This document shows, one piece after another, positions 25,367 to 32,000 of a stretch of 32,000 nt of DNA. Made by a program: the position numbers and the translations under genes. The stretch is taken from NCBI RefSeq assembly GCF_001598795.1, contig NZ_BCZP01000011.1:1-32000 (forward strand). The letters are read 5' to 3'. Under the pieces are notes generated by a model. That model did no database searches and had not been told where the DNA came from. It worked only from the letters and a program-made list of their open reading frames with translations. How positions within the stretch are numbered: position 1 is the stretch's first letter; the number at the start of each line of letters is the position of its first letter. Source of the DNA: Delftia acidovorans NBRC 14950 (GTDB lineage: Bacteria > Pseudomonadota > Gammaproteobacteria > Burkholderiales > Burkholderiaceae_C).

Positions 25367-26520
25367 CTGGCGGCCGCGATACCATCGCGTTGCGTGGACG
25401 GAGCCGCAGCAGGCGCCGGGATGGCTTCCGGCCTGGCCGTCTCGCGCCGATGCGTGTCGGGAACCGTCGGCCGTGGCATGGCGGACGAGGCCGGCCTGGC
25501 GTCGCGCACCAGCGGTCCGGCAACGGCATCTGCAGGCGTGGAGGCATCGCCCCTGCTGGTGCCGGCGACCGGCTTGCCGGCCGTCTTGCCCTCGGGTTTG
25601 AGGCCCTCGCCACCGATGGAGATCAGCGGCAGCCCGCCCGTCTTGTCGTTGCCCATGATGACCACCTTGGCATTCTCGGAGCGCGCCAGCTCCAGGGTTG
25701 CCTCGATGCCGCGCCAGCGCAGATAGGCATCGTTCATGCCGCCACTGATGATTTCCTGGAAGTTGCGGATGCCCAGTGCCTCAACCCGCTTGCGCTCGCT
25801 CTCCTGCCCTTCCTTTTCCACCATCAGCGCGTATTGCTCGACTTCGTGGCGGGTGACGTTCTTGCGCACGATGGCATCTTCCACGCCGTCCGGCAGCACG
25901 ATGCGCTTGATCAGCACGTCCTCGATCAGCACCCACTCCTGGCCAGAACGCAGTTCGGTGTTGAAGCGGTGGCGGATGTCGTAGCGCACCGACTCCGAGA
26001 TCTGGTTCTGGATCTCCAGACGGTGACTGGTGTAGATATCCTCAGGGCGGTAGATGGCGATCACATCGCGCGCACGCGCACCGATGGACTGGCCCACCAG
26101 GGTCTCGGTGTAGTCGCTGCCGATATAGCGGTGCAACTCCCCCAGGAACTCGGGCACCAGGCGGAATCGCCAGGCCAGTGTGACCTGCAGCTTCAGTCCG
26201 TCGGAGGCCAGCACCTCGTACTCGCGGTCCACGCTCTGCAGGCGGGCGTCGTAGATGTAGAGGATGTCCCAGGGCGGAATCAGGGTCGTGCCCTCGGAGC
26301 GCACCGAATCGATGTCCGTGCCGCCGCCAAAGCGCTTCCAGTGAACCCCGAGGTGGCCCGCCGGAATGGTGACGACCATGGAAGGCAGCAGAAAGACCAG
26401 CAGGACCAGCAGGACCACGGCGGCGATCAGCAGATCGTCCCCGAAAAAACGCAGCCGTGCCCACAGCCTGCGGCCCATCGCGGCCATGCCGCCATCCCGG
26501 CTTGCGGTGGTGGCGTTCAT
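25363..26520 (-). CDS. SPFH/Band 7 (prohibitin-homology) membrane protein with Pro/Ala-rich C-terminal tail
   Basis: N-terminal TM, then VTIPAGHLGVHWKRFGG..., a coiled EQYALMVEKEGQESERKRVEA segment, and ...ATLELARSENAKVVIMG. The start overlaps the ABC stop (ATGA at 26517-26520). Confidence 0.85.
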   Translation of the reverse strand: MNATTASRDGGMAAMGRRLWARLRFFGDDLLIAAVVLLVLLVFLLPSMVVTIPAGHLGVHWKRFGGGTDIDSVRSEGTTLIPPWDILYIYDARLQSVDREYEVLASDGLKLQVTLAWRFRLVPEFLGELHRYIGSDYTETLVGQSIGARARDVIAIYRPEDIYTSHRLEIQNQISESVRYDIRHRFNTELRSGQEWVLIEDVLIKRIVLPDGVEDAIVRKNVTRHEVEQYALMVEKEGQESERKRVEALGIRNFQEIISGGMNDAYLRWRGIEATLELARSENAKVVIMGNDKTGGLPLISIGGEGLKPEGKTAGKPVAGTSRGDASTPADAVAGPLVRDARPASSAMPRPTVPDTHRRETARPEAIPAPAAAPSTQRDGIAAAR

Positions 26521-28178
26521 GATGCACTCCCTCGGTTAGAGACGGAGGCGATGCGCCCGTCCTCTATGTGTACGCGGCGGTCCGCGTGGTGGAAATAGCG
26601 GTCGTCATGGGTGATGGCGATGACGGTCACCCCCTTGTGCTGCAGGCGCGGCAGCAGGACCTCGTAGAACTTGGCGCGGAAATGCGGGTCCTGGTCTGCC
26701 GCCCATTCGTCAAGCACCAGCACGGGCCGGCCTTCCAGCTGGGCCGCCACCAGGGCCAGGCGCTTGCGCTGTCCGGTGGACAGGCCCACGGTCGAGAAGC
26801 GCCGGCCGCCCTCTATGTGCACCTTGCTCTCGATCTCCATCTCGTCGATCAGCGCATCGGCATGTGCGCTATCGACAGGATCCAGGCCGTACAGCGTGCG
26901 AAACAGGTGGAAGTCCGAGAAGATGGCGCCGAACAGGTCGCGGTAGGCTTGCAGGCCCTGGGCATCCACGGGCTGCCCGTCCAGGACGAGGGAGCCGGAG
27001 TCCAGCGGATACAGCCCCGTCAGCATCTTGACCAGCGTAGTCTTGCCCGAACCGTTGCCGCCCGTGATGAACAACGTCTCGCCCCGGTGGATGCTCAGGT
27101 CGACAGGCCCCACCGTGAAACGGTCGCTGCCCTCGCCTCGCGTGAAGACGGCATGGCGCAACTCGATGGTGTCGAAGCTGGCGGGCGCGCCGGAATCGGT
27201 GCCCGTGCTCGTGGGGTTGCCAGTGCTGGTGCCCGGAGGCTCCACGTTGTCATCCAGCAGTTTCTCGACAGCCAGCAGGTTCTCCGCAGCCGCATTGGCC
27301 ACGGTGATCTGCGGCGCGGCGGAGATCACACCCGACACCGGCCCGACAAGAAACAGCACGGCGGTCAGCACCTTGACCGTGATGGCCGCGAAGGTCGTGC
27401 TCAACACCGGCAGGATGAAGACCAGCGAGCCCAGCAGCACGAAGATCGCCGCCTGGGAGAACACGAAATTCATGCCCAGCGTGCGCTGCGCCAGCGAACG
27501 GTAGTGGGCCGTGCGCGAGGACACGCGCACCGCATCGTCCAGCAGTTCCGCGGCGCGGCGGCTGGACAGCTTGATTTCCTTGAAGCCGCCCAGCAGCGCC
27601 TCGACCATCTCGTGCAGGGCGCCGATTTCCTCATGCGCGCGGCGCAGATCCTGACTGGCACGCTGGCCACGGCGGGCATACACGCGCGCGGCCAGCAGCA
27701 GGACCACCACCACCAGCCCGAGCGCAGGCAGGGACAGCGTGGCGATGTAGACCGCCGTGCACAGGATCATCATCACGGCCTGCACGCCCAGGATCAGGCT
27801 GCCGGCAGTGTGCGAGACGGTCTGCGTATCGGCATTGATGGCCGTGAAGATGGCCCCATGGCCGATCTTCTCCACCCCCACCAGGCGGCTGGCGGCCAGC
27901 TTGCGGATCAGGCGGCGGCGCCATTCGTCAACGATGCGCTCGACCTCGTCGGTGGTGGTGTTGAGAACATAGCGCTGGCTGAAGATGTAGACCAGCAGCG
28001 CCAATCCGTACAGCGCCACGTACTGGGCGTTGCCGCCCGAACGCAGCTGGCTGTCCGTCGCCACCGAGTTGACCACGGCCAGGATCACCGTGCTGGAGGC
28101 ACCGGCGAGGAAAGCGACAAAGCCCAGGCGCTGCAGCGGGGTCCGCGCATCGCGGATCAGGAGTTCCGTCAGGCGCAT
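26517..28178 (-). CDS. cyclic-peptide-type ABC exporter, fused permease-ATPase (SyrD/PvdE/YojI-like)
   Basis: 6-TM N-terminal half. Walker A GGNGSGKTT, signature LSTGQRKRLAL, and Walker B region VLVLDEWAADQDPHFR, which I recall as typical of this exporter class. Confidence 0.9.
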   Translation of the reverse strand: MRLTELLIRDARTPLQRLGFVAFLAGASSTVILAVVNSVATDSQLRSGGNAQYVALYGLALLVYIFSQRYVLNTTTDEVERIVDEWRRRLIRKLAASRLVGVEKIGHGAIFTAINADTQTVSHTAGSLILGVQAVMMILCTAVYIATLSLPALGLVVVVLLLAARVYARRGQRASQDLRRAHEEIGALHEMVEALLGGFKEIKLSSRRAAELLDDAVRVSSRTAHYRSLAQRTLGMNFVFSQAAIFVLLGSLVFILPVLSTTFAAITVKVLTAVLFLVGPVSGVISAAPQITVANAAAENLLAVEKLLDDNVEPPGTSTGNPTSTGTDSGAPASFDTIELRHAVFTRGEGSDRFTVGPVDLSIHRGETLFITGGNGSGKTTLVKMLTGLYPLDSGSLVLDGQPVDAQGLQAYRDLFGAIFSDFHLFRTLYGLDPVDSAHADALIDEMEIESKVHIEGGRRFSTVGLSTGQRKRLALVAAQLEGRPVLVLDEWAADQDPHFRAKFYEVLLPRLQHKGVTVIAITHDDRYFHHADRRVHIEDGRIASVSNRGSAS

Positions 28179-28181
28179 GCG

Positions 28182-28364
28182 TCAGCGGCCACCCAGGCGG
28201 TCTTCGGCCTGCAGCGAGGCGAACAGCAGAAGGTAGATGAATGCCACCAGCGGCGTCAGCATGAAAGCCACGACCAGGGTACGCATCCAGCCCAGGCGGG
28301 TGCGCCGGCCGATGAAGGAAACGATCAGGCACAAAATCAGATAGATGAGAAAGGCGTTCGACAT
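28182..28364 (-). CDS. 60-aa two-TM membrane protein, unknown function
   Basis: A TAGGAG Shine-Dalgarno spans the upstream stop ~8 nt before the ATG. The stop lies 3 nt before the ABC start. Two hydrophobic helices are separated by GRRTRLGW. Confidence 0.5.
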   Translation of the reverse strand: MSNAFLIYLILCLIVSFIGRRTRLGWMRTLVVAFMLTPLVAFIYLLLFASLQAEDRLGGR

Positions 28365-28374
28365 GCCCGGGCTC

Positions 28375-28941
28375 CTATTTTTTGTCGATGATCTTCAGGG
28401 GAATGGCGCCGTAGGCCAGCGCACGCACGTCGGCGGAGCAGTCGGCGCCGTTGGAGTACGTGCACTCGATGACTTCGAGCTCTCCGGTCAGGTTGTCGCA
28501 GCTGCCCACATCGATGGCATTGGACAGATGGGTCAGGTCCTGCTTGCCGACCTTGAGGACATAGAAGCGGGCGATCGTGCTGCCGGCCGACTTGTCGTTG
28601 CCCTGCTTGCGGTAGCGGATGCCGGCCACCAGTTCCTCCATGGTCTGGTTGGAGGAGTTGTTCACCTGGATCTGGGGCGAGCACACGGAGCGGCGGTTCA
28701 TGCCGTCGTTGGCCAGGATCACCAGGGCCTGGGGAATGGATACATAGATCTGCCCCTTGGGCCGGCGCCTCTTGACCAGTTCCTGCAGCGGCTCTTCGAT
28801 CACATGGTTGTTGCTGCCCAGCCGGTGCCCCACGTCCTGGGCCCTGGCGCCCGTCGCGGTGGCGGCCAGGCCGCACGCCATCAGCGTCCACAGCAGCGCG
28901 GCACGCAGGGCGCCGCTCGTCATCATCGGGAAATCGTTCAT
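28375..28941 (-). CDS. secreted/periplasmic orphan protein with 4 Cys (188 aa)
   Basis: ATG 28941 overlaps the thioesterase stop (ATGA). Signal peptide MMTSGALRAALLWTLMACGLAATATGARAQ, with a possible lipobox LMAC. The mature part has 4 Cys. Visibly less GC-rich than its neighbours. Confidence 0.6.
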   Translation of the reverse strand: MNDFPMMTSGALRAALLWTLMACGLAATATGARAQDVGHRLGSNNHVIEEPLQELVKRRRPKGQIYVSIPQALVILANDGMNRRSVCSPQIQVNNSSNQTMEELVAGIRYRKQGNDKSAGSTIARFYVLKVGKQDLTHLSNAIDVGSCDNLTGELEVIECTYSNGADCSADVRALAYGAIPLKIIDKK

Positions 28942-29720
28942 GCAGGCACCAGGCAGGCCGCTGCGCCCAGGCGCAGGCGGTCGATGTCGGCGGACAGAGT
29001 GTCCAGGAAGTCGGGAGCCGACTGGAGGAAGAAATGCCCGCCATCGAAGCAATGCAGCCGCGAGCCACCCGTGGTCATGGCGGACCATCCGGCCATCGCC
29101 AGGGGCGTGGCGAGCGCATCGGCCCGTCCCGCATAGGCCACCACGGGGCAATCCAGGGGATGCCCCGGCCCCGGCAGCGGCTGGGCCGCCAGTGCGAAGT
29201 CGGCCCGCAGCACGGGCAGCGCCATGGTCCAGAAACCGGGGTCGGCATCCAGCTCGGGCGGGATGCCGCCATAGGAGCGGACCAGCCGCTGGAAGGCGCC
29301 ATCATCCAGGCCAGCCGTATCGGCCACGGCCGGGCGACCGGGGGGCGCGCTGGCGGCCACCAGCAGCCCGCACGGTGGCGGCAGGCCGCGTTCGGCAAGT
29401 TGCCGGACCAGGGCAAACGCAAGGCGCGCGCCCAGGCTGCAGCCAAAGAGCGCGTAAGGACGGTCCAGCCAGGGCGCCACGGCATCGGCAAGGCCGGCTA
29501 GCATGGCGTCCAGGCTGACCAGCGGCCTTTCCGACAGCCGCGTTTCGTGGCCCGGGTACTGCAGCGGCGCCACGGCCACGCCTGGCAGATGGCGGCGCCA
29601 GCCCAGATAGGCCGAGGCACCGCCACCGGCGAAGGGCAGGCACAGCAGGCGCACGCCTGCATCCGCCGCACCTGCACCGAAGGCCAGCCAGGGGCAGCGG
29701 GAGGGCTGCATCGATGTCAT
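28938..29720 (-). CDS. type II thioesterase (NRPS/PKS editing alpha/beta hydrolase)
   Basis: LLCLPFAGGGAS, nucleophile elbow GCSLG (GxSxG), and the C-terminal GGHFFL catalytic His region. Confidence 0.85.
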   Translation of the reverse strand: MTSMQPSRCPWLAFGAGAADAGVRLLCLPFAGGGASAYLGWRRHLPGVAVAPLQYPGHETRLSERPLVSLDAMLAGLADAVAPWLDRPYALFGCSLGARLAFALVRQLAERGLPPPCGLLVAASAPPGRPAVADTAGLDDGAFQRLVRSYGGIPPELDADPGFWTMALPVLRADFALAAQPLPGPGHPLDCPVVAYAGRADALATPLAMAGWSAMTTGGSRLHCFDGGHFFLQSAPDFLDTLSADIDRLRLGAAACLVPA

Positions 29721-29740
29721 CGCAACCGGGCCGTGCCTGC

Positions 29741-30319
29741 TCAGGACGCGCCGGCCTTGCCGCCGCCGACGTTCTTCTGGACGAAGGCCTTGCCCTCTTC
29801 CACCTGTTGCTTGAGCTTGCTGCTCATGTCCGAGACCTTGACATCCAGGAAGGTGCCGCCCGTCTCGAAATGCTGCATGAACAGCTTGCCGACCGCGTAG
29901 GTGGTCGCGCCCGCCAAAGTGGACTGGGCCAGCACGCCGGCGGCGATGCCCACGCCCGGGATGAACTTCAGCAGGCTGGCCAGCGGTGCCGTCACCACCA
30001 GCGGCAGGTAGCCCCCCAGCAACGCGCCCAGCAGCTTCTTGCCGGTCTCGTCCGACAGCGAATGGCCGTACAGGCGGCCCACCTTGCGCAGCAGGCTCAG
30101 CTGCACGCCGGTGAGGGCGATCAGGTCCAGGCCCGGAACCGGCAGGATGCCGATGCCCATGGCCGTGATCACGTGGTTCTTGATGGTGTGCAGGGCCTCG
30201 TTTTGCCGCTCCTGCGGGGTCAGGGGCGCATCGGCTGTTTCAGCAGAGGCCACGGCAGCATCGGCAATGGCCGTGTCGGTGGCAGGGCTCACGGTACTTT
30301 CGGCTTTTTCCACGCTCAT
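29741..30319 (-). CDS. DUF697-like protein (192 aa)
   Basis: ATG 30319 is preceded by GGAG. IKNHVITAMGIGILPVPGLDLIALTGVQLSLLRKVGRLYG...KFIPGVGIAAGVLAQSTLAGATTYAVGKLF fits the DUF697 pattern as I recall it. Confidence 0.6.
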   Translation of the reverse strand: MSVEKAESTVSPATDTAIADAAVASAETADAPLTPQERQNEALHTIKNHVITAMGIGILPVPGLDLIALTGVQLSLLRKVGRLYGHSLSDETGKKLLGALLGGYLPLVVTAPLASLLKFIPGVGIAAGVLAQSTLAGATTYAVGKLFMQHFETGGTFLDVKVSDMSSKLKQQVEEGKAFVQKNVGGGKAGAS

Positions 30320-30405
30320 GGGAAATCTCCAGTTGGGGAACAAGTGGCCCGGCGCACGGCGCCGGGAAGGCGGCACAGGAAGCGGAGTTCGCCCAGTGCC
30401 ACGGC

Positions 30406-30421
30406 GGAACACAAATGTTCC
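30406..30421. promoter_or_regulatory. Perfect palindrome GGAACA-N4-TGTTCC in the operon leader (operator candidate)
   Basis: Read directly from the sequence. It lies ~+14..+29 relative to the candidate promoter. Confidence 0.3.
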
Positions 30422-30441
30422 AAAGTGTCACCGACACCGGA

Positions 30442-30470
30442 ATCATTCGTGAAACACAGGTAACAGTCAA
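30442..30470 (-). promoter_or_regulatory. Sigma70-type promoter candidate for the accessory operon
   Basis: On the minus strand: TTGACT (30470-30465), a 17-nt spacer, then AATGAT (30447-30442). Confidence 0.3.
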
Positions 30471-30542
30471 CCCTGCGCGCCGCGCCCTGGCCGCGGGCGC
30501 AGGAGGGGGTCAGGGGACTGCGAACGGGGTGCATTCGGGGCC

Positions 30543-31970
30543 TCAGCCTTCGGCTTTTCCGTAGAGGCGCTCGGCCGGGATGCCCAGATCCTCGCAGGCG
30601 GCCAGCAGGGAGCGCACGGAGCGCATGGCGGCCGACTCCGGGTCGAACTCGATGCTGGTGATAAACGACAGCCACGGCTCCAGCCCCAGTGCATAGACGA
30701 AGACCTGCTCGCACTGCAGCATGCGCAGCAGGCCCATGGCGCGGCGGTAGTCCGAGCCGTCGAGCCGGCGCGACTGGTCGCGTGCGCGGTCCAGCGGTGT
30801 CGGCAGCAGCGGACCGTACAGCCAGCTCAGGGGCGCGCCCTCGCACTCCATGCCGATGAACAGGGCCTGCAGCGAACCCACCACGGGGCGCAGGTGCTCG
30901 TACAGGCGAGGCTCCAGATTGTTGGAGTCCGCCGCGAACAGCAGGCGGCTGCCGGCGGCATCCACCAGCCAGGCGGCCTTGGTGCGAATGTCCAGATCGG
31001 CATGCTCGCCCAGGAAAGGCAGGGCGGTGACCGTCAGGTCGCCCTCGCTGAAGACCTCCAGCGGGCCGATTTCCTGCACATCGGCAAAGCCCGCCGCCTG
31101 CAGTGCGAGCTTGAGCGAGGGGTCGGCAAGACTGCCTCCCCCGCCGGCTGGCACCAGAACCCGACCGATGCGCGAGCGCAGGGCCAGCAAGGTCTCCAGC
31201 TGCACATGGTCCTGGTGGTTGTGCGTCAGCGCCACGCAGTCGATGCGCTGCGGCAGGTCGGCCAGCGTGAAGCGCGGTGTCTGGCCCGCGCTGCCACCGG
31301 CAGGCACCAGGGGATCGATCAGCACGCTGCGCCCACCTGGCGTCTCGACCAGCACGCAGGCATGGCCGAAATACCGCCAGCGCGCGCTGCCCACCGGCGC
31401 CGTGTCCGCCAGGTCCCCACCGCGCCGGGCCGGTGGCGTGCCGGTCAGCAAAGCGTGGAAGCGGTCGGCCCGCGCGCCCTCCAGCCCGAGCGACTCGGCG
31501 ATGGCATCGAAGGGGCGCGGTGCGTGCCGCAGCGCTGCCAGCATGTCGTTGGCGGGGCTGGCATACGGAATCTGCAGGGCGACCGCCCCGTCACGTTCGA
31601 GCTGCGGCGTGCCCAGGGCAAAGGGCCGCACATCGCCGCCGCGCATCACCAGCGTGCTCTGAGCCGAGGTGTCATACAGCGGGCTGCGGTAGAGCAGCGC
31701 CTCGATCAGGCGCAGGTCCGGTGCGCCGGTCAGCGAGTACACGAGCTCCGCATAGCCGCGCACCGAATCGGGAAGGCGCGGATACAGCTGCGCCATCGAA
31801 TGCCCATCGGCCTGGGTCTTGAGCAACTCCCAGCACTGCCCCAGGTCGGCAGCAAACGACAACAGCCCGGCATGGCGCTGGCGCGTCTCGTCCAGCAGGG
31901 CCTGGATGTCCCCGCGGCGCTCGGCCGGCCAGTCCATGAAGGGGCCGCCGCGCATGGCGGCATTGGCCAC
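30543..31970 (-). CDS. MBL-fold metallo-enzyme with a ~200-aa N-terminal extra domain; possibly a CmlA-like diiron beta-hydroxylase. The frame stays open to the window edge, so the 5' end may be truncated.
   Basis: HxHxDH motif (LTHNHQDH) in the C-terminal half, preceded by FGHACVLVE. No stop occurs between 31970 and 32000 in frame. Confidence 0.75.
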   Translation of the reverse strand: MANAAMRGGPFMDWPAERRGDIQALLDETRQRHAGLLSFAADLGQCWELLKTQADGHSMAQLYPRLPDSVRGYAELVYSLTGAPDLRLIEALLYRSPLYDTSAQSTLVMRGGDVRPFALGTPQLERDGAVALQIPYASPANDMLAALRHAPRPFDAIAESLGLEGARADRFHALLTGTPPARRGGDLADTAPVGSARWRYFGHACVLVETPGGRSVLIDPLVPAGGSAGQTPRFTLADLPQRIDCVALTHNHQDHVQLETLLALRSRIGRVLVPAGGGGSLADPSLKLALQAAGFADVQEIGPLEVFSEGDLTVTALPFLGEHADLDIRTKAAWLVDAAGSRLLFAADSNNLEPRLYEHLRPVVGSLQALFIGMECEGAPLSWLYGPLLPTPLDRARDQSRRLDGSDYRRAMGLLRMLQCEQVFVYALGLEPWLSFITSIEFDPESAAMRSVRSLLAACEDLGIPAERLYGKAEG

Positions 31971-32000
31971 GGCCTGGGCATGCAGCTCGGGCGCCTCCAG

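Noticed and set aside
24035-25726. 563-aa plus-strand ORF (and the similar 26568..28391 607-aa ORF)
   Set aside because: These are antisense to the PPTase/SPFH and ABC-exporter genes, which carry clear catalytic motifs. Their products are Arg/Ala/Gly/Gln-rich with no motifs.
28942-29151. Long form (258 aa) of the secreted-protein ORF starting at 29151
   Set aside because: The extra 70 codons lie entirely inside the thioesterase gene in another frame and encode an Arg/Gly/Pro-rich stretch. ATG 28941 gives an ATGA stop-start overlap and places a proper signal peptide at the N-terminus.
30406-30421. The GGAACA-N4-TGTTCC dyad as a LexA/SOS box
   Set aside because: Read as GAAC/GTTC half-sites, the spacing is N6, not the N4 of the Gram-positive Cheo box. 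The proteobacterial CTGT-N8-ACAG pattern is absent. It is kept only as a generic operator candidate.
1-32000. CRISPR arrays, rRNA genes, IS elements/transposases, group II introns, retron or DGR reverse transcriptases
   Set aside because: I found no regularly spaced short direct repeats outside the MTase coding repeat. I also found no rRNA-like conserved blocks, no DDE/transposase-like or reverse-transcriptase (YxDD) translations in any listed ORF, and no terminal inverted repeats.

Overview
This is a GC-rich window (about two-thirds G+C by eye). Its gene content looks betaproteobacterial and Comamonadaceae-like: a Bug/TctC-type binding protein, EarP-type EF-P, a Burkholderiales-style H-NS and PhaR. 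That taxonomic placement is inference only. All family calls come from motifs read in the supplied translations; no searches were run.

The window has three parts.

(1) 1..~8.8 kb is the integrase-proximal arm of a prophage or integrative element inserted at the 3' end of tRNA-Val(TAC). It carries a co-directional, often overlapping (ATGA) early-gene string: an HNH endonuclease, an H-NS-like protein, a 663-aa C5 cytosine methyltransferase whose variable region is seven tandem TRD-like modules, several orphan proteins, an ASCH-like protein and an excisionase-like HTH. A convergent tyrosine integrase follows. The other end of the element lies off the left edge.

(2) ~8.9..23.9 kb is core chromosome: hupB, pgsA, uvrC, a Bug-SBP / HMG-CoA-lyase-like / family III CoA-transferase operon with a divergent LysR regulator, earP-efp (EF-P with Arg32), a DUF2239-like gene, a MATE exporter, a Zn alcohol dehydrogenase, rimO and phaR.

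(3) 24.1..32.0 kb is an accessory minus-strand gene chain. It mixes NRPS/PKS helper functions (type II thioesterase, Sfp-type PPTase, SyrD/PvdE/YojI-like cyclic-peptide ABC exporter, and an upstream MBL-fold, possibly CmlA-like protein) with an SPFH/prohibitin protein, two DUF697-like paralogues, a secreted 4-Cys orphan protein and a 60-aa membrane protein. Several junctions overlap stop and start codons.

This last block is the best candidate for an undescribed system. The multi-module methyltransferase is second. No CRISPR array, rRNA or IS/transposase was seen.
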